From Trichoplax sp. H2 (lineage: Eukaryota), in assembly GCA_003344405.1 (NCBI GenBank), contig NOWV01000247.1, positions 62,001 through 92,295 of the forward strand: a stretch of 30,295 nt of DNA. Direction: 5' to 3'. A program made the position numbers and the translations under genes. Below, piece after piece: positions 1-10,452 of this stretch. Below the pieces are notes generated by a model. It saw only the letters and a program-made list of their open reading frames with translations, searched no databases and had not been told where the DNA came from. Position 1 is the first letter of the stretch. Every line of letters begins with the position of its first letter.

Positions 1-19
1 ACCGTGTACGCGTATGCGT

Positions 20-415
20 ACAGTTATTGAGTGAATTAACAATAATTATGAATAAATCATAATATCATGTGCATTCGAAATACTTTATACAATCTTCAAG
101 ATGAGGTAATAACGCTGTCGTGGACGACTGTAAAGTCGTGATAGAGTAAATTAATAATAGTTATGAAAACAGTCAGTCAAGATATCGTGTGCATTCGATA
201 TACTTTATACAATCTTCAATTTCATGGAGGCAAAAGGATATGAGATGAGATAATAACGTTGTCGTGGACGACTGTAAAATCACTATTGAGTGAATTAGTA
301 ATAGTTATGAAAACAGTCAGTCAAGATATCGTGTGCATTCGAAATACTTTATACAATCTTCAATTTCATGGAGGCAAAAAGGATAAGATGGGGGGGGGGT
401 AACAACGCTTCTGTA
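20..415. repeat. Degenerate tandem repeat, about 3 units of 120-144 bp
   Basis: tgtgcattcga(a/t)atactttatacaatcttcaa at 68, 188 and 332. Confidence 0.9.
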
Positions 416-624
416 AGTGTACATTATGTACCGTACATTGAGTGTACTGTACAGTGTACAGCGCGATTAACTTCGGTGGCACTAAGGAAAGTAAACTGTG
501 TAGGCAAAATCAAGCCCAAAGTAGATAAAAATCTTATAGATATCGATTTTGAACAGGAGTGTTGACAAATTGCAACTTTTAATTTTCGACGCCATCTTGC
601 CATCGAAGTTAATTCATGGCGTTG

Positions 625-1065
625 TTGTACAATGTACAGTACTGAGCAGTACAGTACACTGAGTATAGTGAACACTGTGAGTACTGTACAGTACTGTAGT
701 CAGTGTACAGTACGTACTGTAGATAGAATTTTACAATGTACAGTACTGTACACTGAGTACTGTATAGTGAACACTGTGACGACAGTACTGTACAGTACTG
801 TATACTGTACTGTACTATACTGTACACTGTACTGTACTGTACTGTACTAGCGGACAGTGTACAGTAGTCAGTGTACAGTACCGACAGTACGTACTGTAGA
901 TAGAACTTTACAATGTACAGTACTGAGCAGTACAGTACACTGAGTATAGTGAACACTGTGACGACAGTACAGTACTGTATACTGTACTATACAGTACACT
1001 GTACTGTACTGTACTAGCGGACAGTGTAGTCAGTGTACAGTACAGTACAGTACGTACTGTAGATA
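625..1065. repeat. ACAGT/TACTG low-complexity array with higher-order internal duplication
   Basis: Dense gtactgtacagtac motifs; the block tacaatgtacagtactgagcagtacagtacactgagtatagtgaacactgtg occurs at ~628 and ~909. Confidence 0.95.
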
Positions 1066-1213
1066 GAACTTTACAATCAGATGTTTAAAATACGCGCCCA
1101 CCAATCAGAGAAGATCACTGAAAGCGAACTACCAATAACAACGAAGCTCGTTTGGCGGTATTTTTAAGTGGGATAACGGCCAAATCTGTCAATGAAAAAA
1201 AATTTGCACGCCA

Positions 1214-1233
1214 NNNNNNNNNNNNNNNNNNNN
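1214..1233. other. Assembly gap (20 N)
   Basis: Run of n characters. Confidence 1.
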
Positions 1234-1389
1234 AACTTCGGTGGCACTAAGGAAAGTAAACTGTGTAAGCAAAATCAAGCCCAAAGTAGATAAAATCTTA
1301 TAGACATCGATTTTGAACAGGAGTGTTGACAAATTACAACTTTTAATTTTCGACGCCATCTTGCCATCGAAGTTAATTCATGGCGTTGT

Positions 1390-1548
1390 TGTACAATGTA
1401 CAGTACTGAGCAGTACAGTACAGTACACTGAGTATACTGTACTGTACACTAGTGAACACTGTGAGTACTGTACTGTACTGTACAGTACAGTACTGTACTA
1501 GCGGACAGTGTAGTCAGTACTGTATACTGTACAGTACGTACTGTAGAT
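1390..1548. repeat. ACAGT/TACTG low-complexity array (short copy)
   Basis: Same motifs as 625-1065 in a shorter tract. Confidence 0.95.
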
Positions 1549-1560
1549 AGAACTTTACAA

Positions 1561-1700
1561 TCAGATGTTTAAAATACGCGCCCACCAATCAGAGAAGATC
1601 AATGAAAGCGAACTACCAATAACAATGAAGCTCGTTTGGCGGTATTTTTAAGTGGGATAACGGCCAAATCTGTCAATGAAAAAAAATTTGCACGCCAGTA
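1561..1700. promoter_or_regulatory. Putative bidirectional cell-cycle promoter module (CHR-like, two CCAAT boxes, E2F, MYB site)
   Basis: Minus strand GGGCGC-GTAT-TTTAAA (1568-1583); CCAAT at 1585 and 1616; TTTGGCGG at 1635 followed by TATT-TTTAAG; TAACGG at 1658. Same module at 1081-1213. Confidence 0.55.
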
Positions 1701-2399
1701 CAGAAAAATAAGAGGTTGTAGTCGCTTCGTTTTGTTGCTATGGCGGAATCGGAGTCAAGACGAAAATATCAACACCAAACAGTTGGCATTCTTCTGACAT
1801 TCATTTAGCCAAAGTTCTATAGAGTCTGTCTATGGTGTATGCCGTAATCAACAGTTTAATACTTGTATTTATTGTCGATATTAGTACTGTATCAATGAAA
1901 GTTGAGGAAAATTGACGCAGTAAAGTTGGAAAGCTCGGTTATTGAATCGCTGCGTTTTTACTGTATAGTTATGATTACAGGCAATGATTTAAGAGGAAAA
2001 AAAAATGAAGGATACAGTACCCTGAGCTTTGTCTCTATTCGTATTCAATGATTATTCTCCAATGCTCACTGCTTATATAAAATAAAATTAAAATGGAGCA
2101 GGATGATTAGACATGCCATTTTCATATTTTGATACTCATTGAAACGAGATAGTCCAAACTCCCACCATGTACTTTATCGAAATAGTCAAATACTGTACAG
2201 TAGTATGCCTGGAATTATTTTTCTGACGTTTAGTAATAGAAGGTAAAGAGAGATGGCATAAAATGGAGCTGATCGTTTAGCTAAGTAAAAGTAATTTATC
2301 AAAAGCTACTAAAAAAAATGTTATTCTGGCATTTTTTTACTCGCTCCTAGTATCCATTTATTAACTACAAGCCCCTGCTACAATACTGTACAGTAATTT

Positions 2400-2760
2400 T
2401 GCGCTTTGAAGAAATGCTGCAGTCAAGCTGTTGCCTATTGCTTCAGTGTTTTCAACACTTTGAGCAAGTCAATCTGCGTCACATGAGTGTGCATGAGTGG
2501 AACGCGCTGACGTGCTCATCTATTGTCCGATACGAGTGTACGTACGACGGTACAACGTACGCGCTTGAGCTGACGCTAGGCCTACTGTCTTGTGGTCATT
2601 ACACACCATCGCACCAGTGGTTCCCCTCCATTTTCTCTTGGCTCTCTTACTACCTGGTGTGCTCGACGCGGTACGCGCCATTTTCACTACACTGTAGTCA
2701 TTTCTCTATCAATTTGAGACATCGATTGCGTCTAAGAACTTTTTGCTTGCCTCTTGCGTA
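2400..2760 (+). promoter_or_regulatory. GC/CpG-enriched proximal promoter and 5' leader of Myb exon 1
   Basis: Local GC and CpG rise; TGACG CRE half-sites near 2476 (minus), 2508 and 2571; TTTGAA at 2405; pyrimidine-rich leader running to ATG 2841. Confidence 0.5.
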
Positions 2761-2840
2761 ATCTTCTCTTCCTACACTGGACTTCCTTTGAATAATTTGC
2801 ATTTACTTTATTCCTACTTATCCTAGTTAATCTCTTTGCT

Positions 2841-5800
2841 ATGGATACTCTTCATTCCCTTGGGTAAGTTGAAAGTCAATCATGACCTAATCTTGTCTCT
2901 CTCTATTTTTTTTTTCCAATTCAAAAATCCCATTTTTCACTGTCTCTCCATCGACTCAGTAAGCTCCTTGAGATAGCATGCATAATGCGTTGTAGTAGCT
3001 CAGTGAAAAAATGGCGTTTTGAAATTGGAACATAGACAATGTTATTTCTAATGATTGCGCCTATTTTACCCACATCATATTGTTAAACTGCAACTTGTTA
3101 GTGTCAAAAAGAATGGTCTATTTCTTCTTCTTTCCTTGACTTGACTTTTCATGGTCAAGGATGTGCTTTCAATCAAGGTGTGACTAATTGGATAGGGATC
3201 AAACAATTTTATTCCACTCCTTGTCTTTCACTAGCTTACACATTGTGGGTGCTCTATGGTATAGCAATGCTCTTTCCTTCAAAGCGAAATTAAAATGCTC
3301 TTACATTTTTATTCGCTCCTTGACATTCAGTGATGTATTTGTTAAAAATGACGAGTTGATGAATAAACAGCGAGCGGACTAACAACCAAGTTAGTTCATA
3401 GCTCATACCGTGATAAGTCAGTGTCAACATATTCACCCGCTGTAGAAATTTTTGAGTTATCGTATCCTTTACCCTGCCTTGCAAAGAGTAAAACTGAGTC
3501 GATCATTTCATTGGCAGCAATTTAGTCCTGAAATTGAACATGTCATCATTCAACACATTACTGATGCAGTGATCAGTATTTTCTTCCATCCGGTTCTTTA
3601 AACACATTATTATTGGAAGTTTTATTTATTTCATGACCGGTACTGCAGCTCAGACCATGGACGAGTCCATGTGATCATCAACATAGTATAGGGTTGTCAC
3701 TATTTTCTTCCATCTTATTCCATTCCATTACTATGGATCAATTTACAGCATTTCATTGATGACGATGATGATGTGGTCATCAGCCTTTCCTCCCATCTAG
3801 CCATCTTTCTCATGCTAGAGATGATCAGTTTATTTTCTTCCTAGTATTTCCTCTCATACAGGGCTATAGTTATTCCTAAAATTGATCACTTGATCATCTT
3901 TTAATGGACGTAGTAGTTATGGCAGAGATTTTCTAAAAATCGAAAAAGAAATCTTAGAATTTGATTTTTCAAAGCCCTTGAGAGAATTCACAGAATCTAC
4001 ACTATCGATTTCATATGAAGGCCATGCGGTGGGAGCACTCTATTTTGGATAATTCCGATCTTATTTGATATTCATAATGACTGATCTTTACTCATCATTC
4101 ACTCTTCATGCAACCATCCAAGATTTTTACCATGCTTATGTAGCGAAATGTTGACCTGTAGTTTGCTCAATTTTAATCCTACTCCATAGTACGGTTGCGG
4201 GTCATCTCTGAAACTTTCTGATGTTGCTAAATAAAAATAGATCGCCATGTTAATAGTGTGCTAGAAGAAAATGCGATAGTTATTTTAGAATGAGCACAAT
4301 CCCTTGTAGTTTTTGACATTTGGTTCGCACTTGAATTCTCATTTTGTTGATCAACTGACAAAGTGTTAAAATTACTAACTTTGTGGAGTTGTTTGCACCG
4401 ACTATGCACCGCCAATTCTTGATGATATTTCCCAATGATTTTATAATTATGCAACCGCTCCTGCAAAATGCTTACCATGATTTTTGTTACACTAGTTTGC
4501 TGACAAGCATACTCTTCGACATATAATATAGTCAATATCAATATTTTATGACAATGTCTGTGCTTGCCCAGAATTTACGTATCTCAAGGATGTATAATTG
4601 CCAACTAATTTACCTTGATATGATAGTAATAGGTATGATTTGCGTAAATCACTAAATAGAACTTTCTTAGATACAGCTCTATTAACGTTTCTAATAATAC
4701 TCTGCAGAAATTTCGATCGGAAAATGATTGTAGAATTGGAATCGAAGACGATAAACAAAAATTGATGCTGATATGTTTACCTTGCGAGCATAAATGTGTA
4801 TTGAACAGCTTTCTCAAAATAATATAGCGCAGTCGATCTACCTCGCCGTTAGCCTTATCGCTTGTCCTGTATACTGTACGATGCTACGTTGATCACCATT
4901 TTTGATCACGTATAACACAGTTACATGAAAAGATAATTATAATAATTGCTATCTTCATTCTTATACGCGTATCGATGGTGCAACAGTATACGAATACGTC
5001 ATTAAATCTTTCTTTACTGTAATACTAACGCCATTTTGGGGGTTTTTATCATGTTTAGAAGTAGCTGTGGCAGCGGAGACGAAGATGATGACGATGGCAC
5101 GTTTAATTCGTCTGCTTCATTACCCGATGACTCGTGTCGCAAGAAGTGCAAGAATAAGACGCGATGGACTAAAGAAGAAGTAAGTCCGCCTTATGTATTA
5201 AATGAATTATACTTAAGTAAAGTATACTAATAGAGTTGATTACTAATACAGAATTGTAACTTGGAGTCAGCTTGTATCTCGATATCATAGAGGGAAACAG
5301 ATACATGCTGCATAACGATTGTTTGCATACTCGTATTCCATCTTGATCATATGCATTCTTATTCGTATTTATTTTTAAGAATTCTGATTTGTTTCACCAA
5401 TGACAACAAATTTATAGATTCTGTAACGTAATCAGCTTTCAATCGTATTTTTGCTTCCATAAATGTCACTCTAAATTATAATACTAATGCTAAAGGATGA
5501 AAAGTTGAAACGATACGTTCACGTACATAAAGACAATTGGCGATCTGTGGCTGATAATTTTACTGATAGATCGGAATTGCAATGTCAGCATCGCTGGCAA
5601 AAAGTTCTTAATCCTGAACTTATTAAAGGACCATGGACGAAGGAAGTAAGCATACGCTCGTATATATTACTTGCAGCAAGTTTAAGAATATTGATAATAA
5701 TTTTGTGAACTGCTACAGTGACATACTATAGTAACTCACTTTCATACTCTCATTAGGAAGACGAAAAGATCGTACAACTTGTACATCAGTATGGTCCTAA

Positions 5801-8800
5801 ACGTTGGTCGTTAATAGCAGAAAAGTTGCAGGGAAGAATTGGAAAGCAATGTCGAGAAAGGTATATTTACTAGAGATAGGATCCTCGCCGACATACCATT
5901 TCTATACTATTATGGTGCATATAGGTTGTAACGATGTCTTATGCTATACATATATTACTAGATGGCACAATCACCTTAATCCTGACATAAAGAAATCGGC
6001 TTGGACTCAAGAAGAAGATCAAATTATATACGAATCGCATAAAAAGTTAGGAAATCGTTGGGCAGAAATTGCAAAATTACTCCCTGGAAGGTTAAAAATT
6101 ATGTTAAAATTAGTTTTGAGATTAGCGCCAATAAAACATCATGCACTATAATCGTATATACGTATACGAGTACTGTATATGATGGACACAATTCTTATAG
6201 TTTTTTTTTTTTATGATGGGTATGGAAATTTATTACTGATCAATTCATTCGGCTTCGTGTACAACTTTTAGAACTGATAATGCTATCAAGAATCACTGGA
6301 ATTCGTCGATGAAAAGAAAGATCCATGTATACGAACAGAGATCAAGAGATGCACTAATACGCCGTCACGGTAGCCAGAGAAATTCTAATCGAACCCATAT
6401 TGTGAGTAAAATACAGCACAGTACTGTATACTGTACATCGTAATTTTTGTGTCTTGCTTTGAAAGCAATACTTGATAGCAATCGTCTAAGTTTATACTGG
6501 CCAATGCCGTGTGATGTTGATGATAATGGCTTCGAATTTTAAAAAATTGTTGCTAAATTATATGTACATTATATACAGTATTAATGAATTGATATTTCCG
6601 TCTATCTGCCCATGTATATGTGAATATCTACTATTGCTTATGTGGTATACAGTTTGACACATCGATGCAATCAACTGCTGAACAACAGAAACATTATCGA
6701 AAAGGTTACATTGATAGTATTCCATTTATAAAGTTAATTATACATAGTATGAGACTAATTCCTTTCGAAATTTTATTTCTTGATTGTAGAAATGAGTAAA
6801 CCTTACAAAAAAGTTACGATAATCGGAAATGGTCCTGATAAAGAAAATACAAGTCAAATTTATAACGTACAGACTGTGAGTAATAATTCGTCATCCAGCA
6901 ATAAACAGCCGCACCCATTACAACCGATTGGTAGTGTAACTCCTATTAGACCTTCACAGCAACTTGTTGGCGAAGAAAATGTTGATTTAGCAGATATGTT
7001 GTCTCCTTTTAAAGGTATAAATTTTATCCACTTCAAACATTTCATTGTCTGTGAAACATGTATTGCGATGATGACCTGACTATTCAATGGACTAAAAATT
7101 TTATCGTCTAATGATGATATTAACAGGCCTACCGTCAGACCTTCATAATGAAGTTTTATTTGATATTGATGCTTCTGGATGGGATATTAATGCTTTCGAT
7201 TGCTTTGGCGTAAGCACGCCTTATTCGTCTGAAAAGAGAAAACTATCAAAAAGGAAAGCATCCCCTTTTAATATGGCGAAGTTGAACTCCCCTGGTGCTA
7301 CGGGTTGGTATAATAAGAATTACGACATAATCTACTGCCATGATTTGTATTAAAATACTAGCTTTCGTAAATATTATTTTCTTGCTTATTTAGAATTTAG
7401 ATTTAACGGACATTTACTAGCAGGCCTTCAAAGTCCACCTGGGTAACGTATTTTCCAATTATAAGATCTGTTCGTCATCTGTAATCGTTTTCGTGATTTA
7501 TTAACAGATTGACTATGTCTAGGCTCATCCCAATGTCATCACCGGTAATATCACGATTTACGACACCTCGAATTTTACGAAGAGCGAAGAGAAAGAAGCA
7601 CGTATCCGTACCATCACAGTCTTATCCTAGTAAAAAAAGTGAATACTTGTCAATAGAGTAGTAGCAATGCATTACAACTCGAATTTTATTTTTTACTGAC
7701 CAAGTTGACTTTATTCATATACTATACTGAGGTGATAATTGCTAGCTATATTGTCGAATTCGGTTAGCATATTGATATAAATATTGTGTCAACCTTAACG
7801 TCAGTTACAGCGATCAGCTCTCTCAGACAGGACAAACCTATCTCTGGAACAAAATTCATCCATTATTAGTGCTAAAGGAAGGAATGATATTTCATTTGCG
7901 ACGCCTCTTAAGAGTACTCCGATAAAGTCTTTGCCCTTTTCTCCGTCACAATTTTTAAACAGCCCAGATACGTTATCAAAAAACTATGATAGCCATGCGT
8001 TGGATTCTTCTGCAGGTATTAATAATAATAATGAACAAGATTAGTATTACTGTACTGTATTATGAACAACTTATTGATATAAAATAAAGTATGATATTGT
8101 CAGTAGAGTACTAAGTCTGTATAAAAACAATTCTTTTTTATAGTTTTTCTGAATGCTTCCACTCCGGTAAATTCCTCCCAGCTAAGTGGTATTGAGTATG
8201 CTGATACTAGAGATGGTAGACTAGAGACGCCAGTTCTAATAAAATCACTGCTTGATGCTGCGCCTCGGACGCCAACTCCTTTCAAGACTTCATTTCGTCA
8301 GCTGGAACAGCAAGGGGGCAAAGTTGAGAAATTGGTAATCATCAATTTCGCTATAAATAATTTGGAGTGACTTTAAATATGAATTGATCAGTGTATCTTT
8401 GCCAACATTTTCAGACCCCTGGCAATGGTAGCTTTATTGATGATTTTAATGACTTGATCTTAAATGATGCCTCAGCTGCATTTGCTATGGATTCTCCGTT
8501 AATAACGAGCAAAAAAACACGCAGTGTTAGAAAGTTGATAAGAACTCCTGGAAATGATAATATGTGTAAGAAATTTGACAAAGCCCTATGCGTCAGGTTA
8601 TTCAAATCTCCTCCGAAGCAAGAATCAAAATCGCGTACAAGCAATAAGAACTCAGCAACATCCAGTCAGCTAGAGGATTTGGTAAAATTTCATGTTCCTA
8701 GGCACTACTAGATGTCGGATCTTATAATTACTTTGATACCTGCATGGATTCTAAGATATTTAGCATGCCCATCGGCTTAGCTATTATTCATTATTTTAAG

Positions 8801-9365
8801 TTTTTTTTACTTTTAATATCCACGTGTTGTTCTACTGCAAATTAATTGATGGAAGGACTCACAATAATTGTATAATAGGACGAGATTATTGATTTCTCAT
8901 TGATAACACAAGATCGAAATTCAAACGCTAACGAAGCCAATACTAGTTCATCCTCAAGCTTTATAATACCAGGCTTGTCACAGACGGTAAGTATAGTATT
9001 GTATGTATTTTATTGTGGTAACTGAGGTATTCTGATAAACAGGAATAGAGAGATGATCATCTTTGATTTATCTGTAGAAATCCCAAGACGGATGTAACTT
9101 TGTTAAAGGTAAAATGCAACAAGAAACGCCAATAAAGCCGTGTGGAAAGGTAATGTCTTTTTTGTTTCTTGCTAGCTACCAGTAAGTAAGCGTTGTTATA
9201 AGTCTAATTGATTGCGCCTGTATTTTATACGAACAGATGAATGCTTTGCCTAGTATTGCTTGGGAGGCTGTCGTATACGGACAAACTCCAGATCAGAAAT
9301 TGATTACGGAACAAGCTAAGCAGTTTTTACAGGAAAATTGTAAACCAAGATCCCTTCGTTTATAA
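2841..9365 (+). CDS. Myb: Three-repeat (R1R2R3) Myb transcription factor, B-Myb/MYBL2-like, 17 coding exons, ~741 aa
   Basis: Hand-spliced exons, all GT-AG with matching phases: 2841-2863, 5059-5179, 5496-5645, 5757-5860, 5962-6090, 6272-6401, 6653-6704, 6790-7014, 7127-7303, 7394-7442, 7508(or 7523)-7601, 7811-8015, 8144-8334, 8415-8681, 8879-8986, 9078-9149, 9237-9365 (TAA). Motifs: KTRWTKEEDEKL, QCQHRWQKVLNPELIKGPWTKEED, GRIGKQCRERWHNHLNP, LLPGRTDNAIKNHWNS, KSTPIKSLPFSPSQFLN, PRTPTPFK and C-terminal WEAVVYGQTPDQKLITEQAKQFL. Exon 1 (MDTLHSLG, GTAAGT donor) is the least certain. Confidence 0.95.
3500..3900. repeat. Highly decayed tandem repeat in Myb intron 1
   Basis: Recurrent gatca..tattttcttccatc-like motif near 3571, 3696 and 3823. 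Confidence 0.5.
5150..6320 (+). other. Myb R1R2R3 DNA-binding domain (exons 2-6)
   Basis: Three tryptophan-spaced Myb repeats after splicing; R2 and R3 are close to the vertebrate c-/A-/B-Myb sequence. Confidence 0.97.
9237..9365 (+). other. Terminal Myb exon encoding a MuvB (LIN9/LIN52)-binding-type C-terminal motif
   Basis: WEAVVYGQTPDQKLITEQAKQFL resembles the B-Myb C-terminal W..V..G.T.DQ....E.A.Q.L motif. Confidence 0.8.
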
Positions 9366-10142
9366 TCGTTAGACTGCACCTTGCGTTCGTTAGCCATCCA
9401 TATCACAACTGAACGTTAAAACACATAATTTAAAATATGAATTCATTTTATATGACTTTAAAATGATGTAGTATGTGGACGGATATGGTAAAATTTGTGT
9501 CCATTTTTACATGACCATTAATACTTTGTTGTATATACTATCTCTTTGCCTTACTTTAGATGCAGACTATCTACTCTTATCGCTATGTATTTTTTGCAAG
9601 ACTATTTTAAAGCTCATAAAATGTTAGTTTTCATTTACTTTTAGCTCTGAGACAATTACACTATATTACCCTGTTACCAAGAAATTAATGTTGTTATCAG
9701 CGCAGTTACTTGTGTATTAGTATATGAATTGCGTTTACGGTGCTAGTGCAGGTGTAAAAAATACTTTTAGTTATAACTGCTAGTGAAACTAATCTGGATA
9801 TCGTTGAACGTTTCGTTGATGAAAACTTTGGTTAGATTTAGTTTAGAAATACGTTATGCATTGCATGGCGTATTTCATTATGCATATATATTATGGATTT
9901 ACTCTAAAGCGACTGCAATAGCCACAAGTACATAATGTAAAACTGTATTGGATACTAAGAAATATGAAAGTATTTATAATTGACCGTCAAGTACCATACG
10001 TATTTGCATGTTGTAAATAATCTTGTAAATATATATTTTGTTATGCAATGACGTTATTCATTTAAAATTTTGTTCAATGTTATGCACACTAAATTGAATA
10101 GGTATTCTTGTTGAAGTATTGATAATATTGATTATAGATAAG

Positions 10143-10148
10143 AATAAA
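10143..10148 (+). terminator. Candidate polyadenylation signal of Myb
   Basis: First AATAAA noticed downstream of the stop codon (about 780 nt), just before repeat-rich DNA begins. Confidence 0.4.
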
Positions 10149-10204
10149 ATTACCTTGCTACAATTTGTGCCAATTGAATGAAGACGTTAGAGATTATTTG
10201 CCTT

Positions 10205-10452
10205 GTAGTTGAAATTGAAAAATGATACTATTGTAGGACTTTGTACAGTAGAAAAAGGCTACGATGCAGCATAGTCTTTTTATTGTTACTCTAGTAAGCT
10301 AGATGAAAGTGAAGGGAAGCAAAAGTTTAATTTATCCTAACGTTGAAATTTGAAATTGATATCGGAAGAGTGTTGTAGACAAAAGGTTACGATGCAGCTT
10401 GGTCTTTTTATTGTTACTCTAGTAAACTAGGTGAAAGTGAAGGGAGGCAAAT
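10205..10452. repeat. Two-copy tandem duplication, ~128 bp period
   Basis: aaaagg(c/t)tacgatgcagc...ttattgttactctagtaa...tgaaagtgaaggga at ~10253 and ~10381. Confidence 0.9.

Larger units (their letters stand above)
469..1697. repeat. Direct duplication 469-1213 / 1234-1697 abutting the gap, probably two alleles
   Basis: Copy 1 ends and copy 2 begins exactly at the N run; the copies differ by a few SNPs, a 1-nt indel and the length of the ACAGT tract. Confidence 0.9.

Noticed and set aside
368..1501. Tyr/Cys/Thr/Val/Ser-rich ORFs
   Set aside because: Translations of the ACAGT low-complexity repeat, with length differing between the two copies
2399..2761. 120-aa ORF
   Set aside because: TTG start, no recognisable motif, and it overlaps the GC-rich promoter/leader of Myb
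3462..3470. Perfect U12 donor GTATCCTTT in Myb intron 1
   Set aside because: No credible exon or U12 branch partner; the exon 2 acceptor has a U2-type TACTAAC branch; chance occurrence is plausible
6860..8644. Minus-strand ORFs overlapping Myb exons
   Set aside because: Antisense shadows of coding exons
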